Below, one piece after another: positions 29,673 through 41,596 of a stretch of 45,289 nt of DNA. The DNA comes from a virus. Its lineage: Duplodnaviria; Heunggongvirae; Uroviricota; Caudoviricetes. A program made the position numbers and the translations under genes. The stretch is taken from IMG/VR virus record IMGVR_UViG_2744054912_000003, positions 1 through 45,289 of that record. The stretch is one strand, 5' to 3'. The notes under the pieces are model-generated. The model had not been told where the DNA came from. It searched no databases and saw only the letters and a program-made list of their open reading frames with translations. Each line of letters starts with the position of its first letter. The first letter of the stretch is position 1.

Positions 29673-29723
29673 ACACCAATTAGGTAAAGTTATTTTTAAG
29701 TAATCGAGCAACTTTCAGCCCTC

Positions 29724-30212
29724 TCAAAATGGAATATCGTCTTCAAAGTCCATTGGAGGTTCGTTATTGGCGTTGCTCTGAGGTTTACCGCCGCCACTGT
29801 ATTGCTGGTGGTTTTGAGGTTGGTTTGATTGCCCCCAGCCATTTGAGGACTGTGAATCGTCGCGGCGAGTGCCGATCATTTGCATGGTGCCGCCCTGGCT
29901 GACGATAATTTCCGTCGTGTAACGTTCTACACCGGCGTCATCAGTCCACTTACGGGTTTTAAGTTTCCCTTCGATGTAGACCTGAGAACCTTTTCGTAAA
30001 TACTCACTCGCAATTTCAGCAAGTTTTCCGAACAAAACGACTTTATGCCATTCTGTTTGCTCTTTCTGTTGGCCCGTTTGCTTATCGCGCCATGATTCAT
30101 TCGTTGCGATGCTGAGTCTTCCGACTGCGCCGCCATTTGGTATATACCTGATCTCCGGGTCTTGCCCCAGGGTACCAATCAGGATGACTTTGTTTACACC
30201 GCGTTGTGCCAC
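29724..30212 (-). CDS. ssb: Single-stranded DNA-binding protein
   Basis: [30 protein letters not shown]...[31 protein letters not shown]...[11 protein letters not shown]: OB-fold core and acidic DDIPF tail diagnostic of bacterial SSB; GTG start. Confidence 0.9.
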   Translation of the reverse strand: MAQRGVNKVILIGTLGQDPEIRYIPNGGAVGRLSIATNESWRDKQTGQQKEQTEWHKVVLFGKLAEIASEYLRKGSQVYIEGKLKTRKWTDDAGVERYTTEIIVSQGGTMQMIGTRRDDSQSSNGWGQSNQPQNHQQYSGGGKPQSNANNEPPMDFEDDIPF

Positions 30213-30231
30213 TTTTCTTACCTAATAAAAT

Positions 30232-30248
30232 AAATTAATTAGAGCAAT
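30232..30248 (-). promoter_or_regulatory. C1 operator-like site between the divergent ssb and lyz genes
   Basis: Reverse complement ATTGCTCTAATTAATTT matches the operator consensus at 16 of 17. Confidence 0.5.
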
Positions 30249-30381
30249 AATGTATATCTTTGAAACGTGGCTAACAAGTGATTTGCATTATCCTGTGCCT
30301 TCTAAAGGGATCGAGTCAGTCGGTATTGGCTGTGAATGAGTGTTTGTCCTGGAGCGTAAAAAATTCGCTTATGAGGTCTTT

Positions 30382-30939
30382 ATGAAGGGAAAAACAGCCG
30401 CAGGAGGCGGTGCAATTTGCGCTATCGCGGTGATGATTACCATCGTGATGGGTAATGGCAATGTGCGAACCAACCAGGCGGGGCTTGAGCTGATTGGTAA
30501 CGCTGAAGGTTGCCGACGTGATCCATACATGTGCCCGGCGGGGGTATGGACTGACGGGATCGGTAATACACACGGGGTAACGCCGGGTGTGCGAAAAACC
30601 GACCAGCAAATCGCCGCTGATTGGGAAAAGAATATCCTGATCGCTGAACGCTGTATTAATCAGCACTTCCGGGGCAAAGACATGCCCGATAATGCCTTCA
30701 GTGCAATGACAAGCGCGGCATTCAATATGGGATGCAATAGCTTACGGACCTACTACAGCAAAGCGCGAGGCATGCGAGTAGAAACGTCCATCCACAAGTG
30801 GGCGCAGAAAGGGGAATGGGTGAATATGTGTAACCATCTCCCTGATTTCGTGAACAGTAACGGCGTGCCCCTGCGAGGTTTAAAGATTCGCCGTGAAAAA
30901 GAACGCCAGCTTTGCCTGACGGGGCTTGTCAATGAATAA
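30382..30939 (+). CDS. lyz: SAR (signal-anchor-release) endolysin Lyz, T4-lysozyme/GH24 fold
   Basis: 185 aa from the ATG at 30382; N-terminal SAR helix AAGGGAICAIAVMITIVMG; Cys13, Cys44 and Cys51 plus catalytic E42 in EGC arranged as in P1 Lyz. Confidence 0.9.
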   Translation: MKGKTAAGGGAICAIAVMITIVMGNGNVRTNQAGLELIGNAEGCRRDPYMCPAGVWTDGIGNTHGVTPGVRKTDQQIAADWEKNILIAERCINQHFRGKDMPDNAFSAMTSAAFNMGCNSLRTYYSKARGMRVETSIHKWAQKGEWVNMCNHLPDFVNSNGVPLRGLKIRREKERQLCLTGLVNE

Positions 30940-31186
30940 ACTCCGGCAGCTCCGCCGACTTTCGACAATGAAGTTATCGCTGGCGGCGATAGTTTTTGAC
31001 TCGATTTTCATGGCGGTATATGTGCTCAATGAGACGTGGCCACTGGAACCGCTATTGTATGCCGGGCTTCGGCTGTGCCTGACATTTTTGAGCATGGCTG
31101 CGAGATTGATGCAGCAGAAAGAAACCGCTTCAGATTGTCCACGCCGCGCGGTGCGCAAATATATGGCACGAAGGCGAAGGCGATAA
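30932..31186 (+). CDS. Small two-transmembrane protein with poly-Arg C-terminus (possible pinholin-like or lysis accessory protein)
   Basis: Overlaps the lyz 3' end; two hydrophobic helices (LSLAAIVFDSIFMAVYVL, LLYAGLRLCLTFLSMAARL); C-terminus ARRRRR; weak ribosome-binding site. Confidence 0.3.
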   Translation: MNKLRQLRRLSTMKLSLAAIVFDSIFMAVYVLNETWPLEPLLYAGLRLCLTFLSMAARLMQQKETASDCPRRAVRKYMARRRRR

Positions 31187-31189
31187 TAG

Positions 31190-31215
31190 TTAACGAGAAC
31201 CCCGGCAGCTGCCGG
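31190..31215 (+). terminator. Rho-independent terminator (palindrome CCCCGGCAGCTGCCGGGG plus TTATTTTT)
   Basis: Perfect 9-bp stem followed by a T-run; sits between the lyz unit and the convergent protease gene. Confidence 0.65.
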
Positions 31216-31230
31216 GGTTATTTTTGGTGG

Positions 31231-33961
<2,731 letters not shown>

Positions 33962-34027
33962 TTAATTAGAATAATTCGCATCGTGTTTGCACGGAATTTA
34001 ACACTAGTCACTTGTTAAGGATTACCA

Positions 34028-37000
34028 ATGAACAAGCTATCTATGGGTGTGTTTCGCTGTTCAAGTGTCAGCGAAATATTGAAATACATTAGGGCAATAA
34101 CATCTCACCGAGCGCCGATTAAATACGGCGTGGAAAAGGTGGAAGGCAAAAGCTATGACCGACTGCGCCGGGAGGCGAATCAGAAGGCGATAGATTTGCT
34201 TAATTCGCTGGTGGACGGCGCGACACTGACAGATGAACAGCGCCAGATCCTGGCCGGGTACACTGGTGAAGGCGGCATTGGCGGGTCCGTCTCCGAATAT
34301 TACACACCAAAGCCTATCGCTGAAGGTGTCTGGGAGATCATGAAGCTCTACGGCGCGGACGTAGGTAACACTCTGGAACCATCGGCGGGAACCGGCGTTT
34401 TTAATGAGACAAAACCGGTTGGTACGGTGATGACCGCGACTGAGATCAGCAGTGTTTCCGGTCGTATAAACCAGTTGTTACACCCGGAAGACAGCGTACA
34501 GATTTCCCCGTTCGAACAGCTGGCTATAAACACGCCTAACGATTCATTCGACCATGTTGTGGGTAACGTTCCGTTCGGCGGTCGTGATAACACACGCAAC
34601 ATCGATAAGCCTTACGCAGAAGAAACGGACATGGGGTCTTACTTCATGCTCCGCATGCTGGACAAGATAAAACCTGGCGGATTCATGTGTGTGATTGTGC
34701 CGCCGTCCATTGTTTCAGGTTCAAACATGAAGCGGTTACGCCTGCGCTTATCCCGTAAAGCTGAATTTCTTGGCGCTCACCGCTTGCCTACCGGTACTTT
34801 TGACGCAAACGGGACCAGTACAGTCGTTGATGTGGTGCTGATGCGCAAACATCCGGCAGAGATGGCTGAGAAAATCCCCCTGGTGGATGAAAGCACTCTC
34901 GAATCGGCAAATGTGCTTTGGCCAACGTTTATTTCTGGCAAGTGGTTTGAAAAGGACGGCCGCCGGTTTGTTCATGGCACCCAGGAAAAGGGCTTCCAGG
35001 GGCGTATTGAGGTTCGTGCCGACGGTCAGATTGATAACCAGGCTCTTAAAGCGAAGCTGATTCATCGTTTCGAAAGCCGTATCGACTGGTCTTTGCTCGA
35101 TATGGCTGAACCGTCACCGACCGCAGACGTTGTTGGTGAAGGGGAAATGCGCCTGATTAATGGCGTATGGCAAAAATATGCTGGTGGTCGCTGGATTGAA
35201 GCTGATGCCGGGAAGGAACTTAAGATCGATGCTGCCAGTTATGGCGCGGATAGCTGGGAGGCTCTTCAGCGTAACCTGACTACAACAGAAGGCCGTCTCG
35301 GCATGACATTTACCCAGATGGCAAATGTCCGCGATAAGTACACCACATCAATCAGCGACGATATGGTGCAGCTGGTGGACTGGATTAACAGCCAGCCTGA
35401 AAAATACCGTGAACGCTTGTATCGCGGGGCGATGATTGGCCGGATGTTAATTGAATATCAGGACATGAAGGCCGCCGGGCATAGTGCTGAACAAATCGAA
35501 CAGCAGCGCCTTTCTCTGGTATCCCGTTTGCAGGCAGAGATTGACCGTTTTGGTAACCCCGGTCGCGGTCCGATAGCGAAATTGTCGGGGAGCGGTGCGC
35601 GCGCCTGGTTTGCTTTCCGTGGTGCGATTAAGCTGGATGGCACTATTTCTGACGAGCTGACAGGAAAGCTGGTTACGCATGATTCCAGCGCCAGTTATGA
35701 CTCCACCAGCTATCAGGACACCCTGCGTTATCTCTATAGCGATCTTACCCGCGATCCAATCCAGCTCGATGATTTCCGCTTTGCGTTTACCGGCGAACTG
35801 CCAGCCAGTGATGAAGAGTTGCTTAATTTATTGGCCAGCACCCCTGGTATTGCGGTTTCACCGTATGGCGGGATTGTTCCGTTCGCCCGCGCCACCAGCG
35901 GCGACATTAACGAGATAGTGGCTCCAAAACAGGAATTTCTTGCCACACTCCCCGACGGTCCAGTAAAGAACAACGTCCTTAATCAGCTGGCAGCGATCGA
36001 AGAGAAGCGCATCAAGACGTCAGCAGAGAATATTCGCTTTAAGCTCAATAGCCGTTGGTTCGACCGCTCCGTCATTCTGGAATTTTTGCAGGAAAACGGC
36101 TATCCGGATCTGCGCTATGTGCAGTCAGTGCAGCTGGAAGGCGACGAAATGGTTTCTGACACCTATCACGGTGGTGATGGTCTGTTCGTCGGGCACCGAT
36201 ACGGTGTCGTCCAGCGCAAGGATAAAGAAACAGGCGAGATCCGCTACGAGTGGGACCGTAAATCGGGTGAAAACGCGACCGGGTTCCCGGCACAGCTGGA
36301 AAAGTATCTCAATGGTGCGCGTATCGGTGGCAAAGATAGCGCGACGGCGAACGGCTACCGCGAGCAGATGGCACTGCTTGAGGACCAGTTCAATAAGTGG
36401 ATCAAGACGCACGATCGCTACGATGAGCTGGTTGCCAAATACAACGATGTGTTCAATAGCAATATCCCGTATGAACACTCTGGCGATCCGCTTGGGTTGA
36501 AGGGATTAAGCGGTAAGCGCCAGCCATTTGATTACCAGAATAGCGAGGTGCGCCGACTGTCCGAAGATGGGCGCGGCATCCTGGGCTTCGGCACCGGGCT
36601 GGGTAAAACCACGACCGCGCTGGCGCTTGAGGCGTTCAACTATGAGAACGGTCGCTCTACCCGTACTGCGTATGTAGTGCCTAAATCAGTGCTGGAAAAT
36701 TGGTATTACGAAGCAAAAGAATTCCTGAGTGAAGAGGCATTCAGTAACTACTTGTTCGTCGGTCTTGATGTGCTGATGGATGGCGATCAGATTCGCCAGG
36801 TGCCGGTGCTCAATGAGAACGGTAAACCTGTTCTTGGTACTGATGGCACTCCAGTTATGCGCGATGCTCTTAAGCTGGCAGATGAAGCCACTATCACGGC
36901 GCGGATGAACGCGATCCCGCACTCAAACTACCGTGCAGTCGTGTTTACCAAAGAACAATACGCCCGCATTCCGCTACGTGATGACACCGTAGATGAGCAT

Positions 37001-40000
37001 GCACAAGACATGCTTTATGACTTCGTTGCTGCCGGGCGTGTGGCCAGCGCAATGGACTCCGATTCCCATCGCAAAGAGGCGGCGCGTCGCCGGGTATTGT
37101 CGGAGTATTCAGATACCGGTACCGAAAAAGCAGAGAAGTATCCGTACTTTGAGGATATGGGCTTCGACAGCGTGATTGCTGACGAAGGCCACAACTACCG
37201 CAATAGCTATAAAAATGGTCGCGAAGCGTCACAGCTGGCCTATCTGCCCACCAGCGCGGTGGCGCAATCGGCGCGAGATATGGCAATCAAAAACGCGTAC
37301 CTGATGAAAAAGAATGGTGGGCGTGGACCGGTTCTCCTGACTGCAACGCCAGTCGTTAACACCCCGATCGATGCATACAACATGCTTTCTCATGTTCTGC
37401 CGAAGGAATACTGGCAGAAGATGGGGATCTACGGTCCTGATGACTTCGTTAAATTCTTCGGCAAGACCAGGCTGGAAACGGTACAGAAAATCAGCGGCGA
37501 AGTTGAAGAAAAAATGGCGCTGGTGGGTTTTGAAAACCTTGATGCGCTGCGCGGCATATTCCATCGCTGGACAACGCTTAAAACGGCGGAAGACGTTAAG
37601 GATACCGTGGAGATCCCGGAACTGGACGAACACCAGCAGGATGCACCACTTACTGAAGAACAACTGGCGGCGTATGAAGAATTGCGTCAGCAGGCGGAAG
37701 CGGCGGCCAAAGCCAACAATGGTGTAACGACCTCGGTCAATGAAGACGGCGTGATTGAGCACGAGAAAGCCCGTCCGATCTTCTCAATAATCAGGGATAT
37801 GGACCGCGTATGTACTGACATGGACCTGTACTATCGCCGGATCACCTATCGTTTCCTGCCGGAGTACGCCGATGCGGTGCAGCAGCTGGCAGACAGTTTG
37901 CCTAAACAAGCCACCAGCGAAGACGACGACAGTGATGATTCAATCACGCAGCAATCGCAATACTCCCTGATAGATAAGGGCGAGTTTATTCAGTTGCAGG
38001 TTCCGGAAGCGTTCGAGCAGGAAGTGAATAAGCGCCTGGCCAGGTTTGGCATTGACGAACAGACCGTAACTCACCCCGTTACGCCCAAATACGCGAAGCT
38101 GATTGCCACGCTGAAGGAGTTTTTCCCGGAAGGTAAGCAAATCATCTTCACCGATGAAAAAACGCAGCACCAGAAGCTCAAGCGCATTATCTGCAATGCT
38201 CTTAACCTTGAACCTTCAAAGGTGGGGATACTGAATGCTCAGACGGTTGCCGAGGCAGGTAAAACCGGTAAGAAACTGAAAGCGGTTAAACCGCCGAAAG
38301 AGTTACCGGATGAACCAACAGATGCACAGATAGCGAAATACAACGAGCAAATGGCTCTGTATGACGCCTATATCGCGCAGCAAAATGAAATGTCGTTGGG
38401 CGGTCTGGAAAAGATTGCAGCCGACTTCCAGGAGGGCCGGACTCCGATCATCATCTGCAACAAAAAGGCAGAGGTGGGTATCAACCTGCATCGAGGAACG
38501 ACTGACATCCATCATCTGACGTTGCCATGGACTCCAGCCAGTATTGCGCAACGAAACGGTCGCGGTGCCCGAGTTGGCTCCAACCGTGCAAGCGTTCGCG
38601 TTCACTACTACTGCGGCAAGGGTTCTTTCGATGAATACCGACTGAAGACGCTGAAGCGTAAAGCAGGCTGGATCTCCGATATCCTCCGTTCAGATAAGTC
38701 AGAAATGGAGAACGCCGACGCCAACGATATGATCGAAATGCAGATGTATACCGCTAAGGATGATGGCGAACGTCTGGCAATGATGCAGGTTCAAATGGAT
38801 AAGGCGAAAGCCGCGCAACGCGCTCGCCAGAAAGAACAGGCTACTATCGACCTTCAGAACTACATCAAGGCGCAGCACGCAGCTGGCGAGGATGTGGAGG
38901 TACTTACCGCTGAATTAGAGCGAAGCAAAGCGGAACTTGAAAAGACCACCGCCGAGGTAGCTAAATTCAAACAGGCGGTAATGGCCAAAGCAGCTGATAA
39001 CGCAGACTGGAAAGCCCGCTGGGGTAGCGTCCATCACACAGACCGTATGTTGTTAGCACAGTATCGCGCGTCGTTGAAAAGCGCCATTCAGCGCAAGGCT
39101 AATATCACTCAAGCCATCTCCCGCTATGAGAAATTATTGAACCGTACTCAGAAGGCCGCGACGGATATCAAACGCCTGCGCCCGCTGGTGGAGGATGCAA
39201 TAAATAAAGGCATTCTGGATGTTGATCCTGACCTGGTTAACCATGCGAGTGAGTTCCTTGTTATCGGCGATCGCTCATGGCGTGTAGGCCAATACTATGA
39301 TTGTGCTGGTGATATCGTTCGCATTAAGTCGCTGGACTTCGACAGCCAGCGCGCAGATGTGGAGATCATCTTTACCTTCAAAGGCACCAAATCGGGTAAC
39401 TGGGATGTGAAGACGCTGGATAAACAGGTGGATGTAACTCCCGATGAAGATGCTGTTATGCAGAAAATCAGTGGTGGCGTCTCCATCGCCGGGATTAACG
39501 ACATCATTTCCTGTGACGATTTCTACCGTTTCCAGCAGCGCGGCATGATCAAAATCACTGACTCATACGGCGTTCAGACAACAGAGTCAGGCTATAGCAT
39601 TGATTTTGTTGGTACCTATACGGACCCACTGAAGCATGCGGTTTACCCGGATCGCCGTGACGGCGCGCTGAAGTCGTCAATTGCAAAATGGGTGCTTGGT
39701 ATGATGTCGGAAGGGAATAACCGCCAGATCCGTTCGGCAGAAACATTCCTGGTTGAATTGTTTGGCTCCAATTATGGCGATGTAATCGCGTCATACGGAG
39801 ATACGCTATCCCCTGAAGCAATTCAGGAGAAAATAGCGGATGCGATCGCAAAAATGCCGGAGAAAACAAGCCAGGGGGCTACTCGTAACGGGGATTCTGA
39901 ACTTGAGGTCACCAATGCCATTTTCGGTACCCATGAGTTCCGGGCGTCAGATTATGAGATCACCACAGCACAGTTTGGCACCATTGGCATTTACAGCAAT

Positions 40001-40795
40001 AAAGCCGAGATCAAGCAGGCAATGGACGCAGCAAGCGCGCGCATCGCAGCAGAACGGGAAGCCAATCTGAATCATGCAGTCGCCGCACTGACTCAATCGT
40101 GGGTAACAGCAATCAGGGAGGCCGCCACCACAGGGAAAATCACACCTGCAATTGCGGATGTCGTAAACGACGGCTCTAAATTTATGGATGCCTATCAAAT
40201 GGATGCGGTGCAGTTGCCATCAGCCTATGGCCAACTCAGCTATCGCATGACCTACAACCTGGTATCAATGTTTTCCGACCTTGCCATCCTTGGGCTGGTG
40301 GATCTTAACGAGGTTACGCCGGAATTGCTCAGCATGCGCAAGAATCATGTGGAGATATTGCAGAGAATTAACACGGTTCTTGCCGGGCGCACCGATGAAG
40401 AGAAACAGGCCGACGCTGATCGGATAAACCTGGCCCTTGGCAACATCACGGAGGAAGAAATTGCCGCCAGAAACGAGAAACAAGAAGAGTTATCATCAAT
40501 ACAGGGTGATGCCACCAGCATAGTTCAGTCTCTTGGTCTGAATTATCGCGTATCCACCGCCGACCTGAAGATGATGTACGCACCAAAATTCGCCGCTGGC
40601 GAGGTATTTGGGCTTCAGGAAGCCTCAGGCATGAAAGGCGTTCTTTTCCGTGCGAAAGACGCAATCAAGGCGAAATTCGGCGCTCGCTGGCTGCCAGCGA
40701 AGGCGAAGAACAGCGATTTCCCGGGTAACTGGTGGATTATCGAGACAAAACACAACGTGGCGGACGTTCTGGCCGTCATCCAACAATACGCATAA
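34028..40795 (+). CDS. darB: DarB-like giant virion antirestriction protein: N6-adenine methyltransferase fused to SF2 helicase
   Basis: 2255 aa; methyltransferase motif VGNVPFGG; helicase Walker A GFGTGLGKTTTA, motif II DEGHNYRN, motif VI QRNGRGARVG; the length matches P1 DarB as I recall it. Confidence 0.85.
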   Translation: MNKLSMGVFRCSSVSEILKYIRAITSHRAPIKYGVEKVEGKSYDRLRREANQKAIDLLNSLVDGATLTDEQRQILAGYTGEGGIGGSVSEYYTPKPIAEGVWEIMKLYGADVGNTLEPSAGTGVFNETKPVGTVMTATEISSVSGRINQLLHPEDSVQISPFEQLAINTPNDSFDHVVGNVPFGGRDNTRNIDKPYAEETDMGSYFMLRMLDKIKPGGFMCVIVPPSIVSGSNMKRLRLRLSRKAEFLGAHRLPTGTFDANGTSTVVDVVLMRKHPAEMAEKIPLVDESTLESANVLWPTFISGKWFEKDGRRFVHGTQEKGFQGRIEVRADGQIDNQALKAKLIHRFESRIDWSLLDMAEPSPTADVVGEGEMRLINGVWQKYAGGRWIEADAGKELKIDAASYGADSWEALQRNLTTTEGRLGMTFTQMANVRDKYTTSISDDMVQLVDWINSQPEKYRERLYRGAMIGRMLIEYQDMKAAGHSAEQIEQQRLSLVSRLQAEIDRFGNPGRGPIAKLSGSGARAWFAFRGAIKLDGTISDELTGKLVTHDSSASYDSTSYQDTLRYLYSDLTRDPIQLDDFRFAFTGELPASDEELLNLLASTPGIAVSPYGGIVPFARATSGDINEIVAPKQEFLATLPDGPVKNNVLNQLAAIEEKRIKTSAENIRFKLNSRWFDRSVILEFLQENGYPDLRYVQSVQLEGDEMVSDTYHGGDGLFVGHRYGVVQRKDKETGEIRYEWDRKSGENATGFPAQLEKYLNGARIGGKDSATANGYREQMALLEDQFNKWIKTHDRYDELVAKYNDVFNSNIPYEHSGDPLGLKGLSGKRQPFDYQNSEVRRLSEDGRGILGFGTGLGKTTTALALEAFNYENGRSTRTAYVVPKSVLENWYYEAKEFLSEEAFSNYLFVGLDVLMDGDQIRQVPVLNENGKPVLGTDGTPVMRDALKLADEATITARMNAIPHSNYRAVVFTKEQYARIPLRDDTVDEHAQDMLYDFVAAGRVASAMDSDSHRKEAARRRVLSEYSDTGTEKAEKYPYFEDMGFDSVIADEGHNYRNSYKNGREASQLAYLPTSAVAQSARDMAIKNAYLMKKNGGRGPVLLTATPVVNTPIDAYNMLSHVLPKEYWQKMGIYGPDDFVKFFGKTRLETVQKISGEVEEKMALVGFENLDALRGIFHRWTTLKTAEDVKDTVEIPELDEHQQDAPLTEEQLAAYEELRQQAEAAAKANNGVTTSVNEDGVIEHEKARPIFSIIRDMDRVCTDMDLYYRRITYRFLPEYADAVQQLADSLPKQATSEDDDSDDSITQQSQYSLIDKGEFIQLQVPEAFEQEVNKRLARFGIDEQTVTHPVTPKYAKLIATLKEFFPEGKQIIFTDEKTQHQKLKRIICNALNLEPSKVGILNAQTVAEAGKTGKKLKAVKPPKELPDEPTDAQIAKYNEQMALYDAYIAQQNEMSLGGLEKIAADFQEGRTPIIICNKKAEVGINLHRGTTDIHHLTLPWTPASIAQRNGRGARVGSNRASVRVHYYCGKGSFDEYRLKTLKRKAGWISDILRSDKSEMENADANDMIEMQMYTAKDDGERLAMMQVQMDKAKAAQRARQKEQATIDLQNYIKAQHAAGEDVEVLTAELERSKAELEKTTAEVAKFKQAVMAKAADNADWKARWGSVHHTDRMLLAQYRASLKSAIQRKANITQAISRYEKLLNRTQKAATDIKRLRPLVEDAINKGILDVDPDLVNHASEFLVIGDRSWRVGQYYDCAGDIVRIKSLDFDSQRADVEIIFTFKGTKSGNWDVKTLDKQVDVTPDEDAVMQKISGGVSIAGINDIISCDDFYRFQQRGMIKITDSYGVQTTESGYSIDFVGTYTDPLKHAVYPDRRDGALKSSIAKWVLGMMSEGNNRQIRSAETFLVELFGSNYGDVIASYGDTLSPEAIQEKIADAIAKMPEKTSQGATRNGDSELEVTNAIFGTHEFRASDYEITTAQFGTIGIYSNKAEIKQAMDAASARIAAEREANLNHAVAALTQSWVTAIREAATTGKITPAIADVVNDGSKFMDAYQMDAVQLPSAYGQLSYRMTYNLVSMFSDLAILGLVDLNEVTPELLSMRKNHVEILQRINTVLAGRTDEEKQADADRINLALGNITEEEIAARNEKQEELSSIQGDATSIVQSLGLNYRVSTADLKMMYAPKFAAGEVFGLQEASGMKGVLFRAKDAIKAKFGARWLPAKAKNSDFPGNWWIIETKHNVADVLAVIQQYA

Positions 40796-40828
40796 CAGGA
40801 GCGCCCGGTTCGCCGGGCGTCGCATAAT

Positions 40829-41269
40829 ATGGCCACACTATCTGATACAATAAAACCGAATAAAACATATCTTGAGGCGGTACTCCGTACAGCGTTGTTA
40901 GGAAAGACAGAAGACGAATACGTTGATTTCTTCCTGTCAGGGCTACGCGGGCGATTACTGAAAAATCCCCGCCTGTACCGCAGCTATGGGCCATACTGGC
41001 CGGAAATTAAAAAATTATTACTGGAGCGCGGTTATGGTAATTTCGGTCGTCTCGTTGATCGTGACGTTCGCAAAATTTACCGTTATGACCGCCCGGCGCT
41101 AACACTCATAGCCGCGACGCTCTACAGCCAGGAGCGTTTTGATAATGGCCAGATATACTCAGCCTGGCATTTACTGCCAGTGCCTGAAGAGGTTGACGAC
41201 CAGGACTATGAGTTTGAGTCTTACGATTTGGAAGTTGAAGCCTTGGCACAGGCTGGAGAGAAAACTTGA
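40829..41269 (+). CDS. ulx: Ulx-like small protein downstream of darB
   Basis: 146 aa; position and size. Confidence 0.45.
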   Translation: MATLSDTIKPNKTYLEAVLRTALLGKTEDEYVDFFLSGLRGRLLKNPRLYRSYGPYWPEIKKLLLERGYGNFGRLVDRDVRKIYRYDRPALTLIAATLYSQERFDNGQIYSAWHLLPVPEEVDDQDYEFESYDLEVEALAQAGEKT

Positions 41270-41514
41270 AGAAGCGATACTACACAGTAAAGCATGGGAC
41301 GCTACGAGCATTGCAAGAGTTTGCTGATAAGCATAACGTTGAGGTGCGCAGGGAAGGGGGAAGTAAAGCTCTGCGCATGTACCGTCCTGACGGAAAATGG
41401 CGGACGGTCGTCGATTTCAAAACTAACAGTGTTCCCCAGGGCGTCCGCGACCGGGCATTCGAAGAATGGGAGCAGATCATCATAGATAACGCATTGCTTC
41501 TGAACGCTGATTAA
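41266..41514 (+). CDS. Small protein in the lxc position (82 aa)
   Basis: Start overlaps the ulx-like stop; position only. Confidence 0.4.
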   Translation: MKKRYYTVKHGTLRALQEFADKHNVEVRREGGSKALRMYRPDGKWRTVVDFKTNSVPQGVRDRAFEEWEQIIIDNALLLNAD

Positions 41515-41596
41515 TAATCATTTAAAGCCCATATGATATGGGCTTAAACAACAGGATCGATATACAGTGTTAGTTAAATATATAGGCGAGAGTTAT

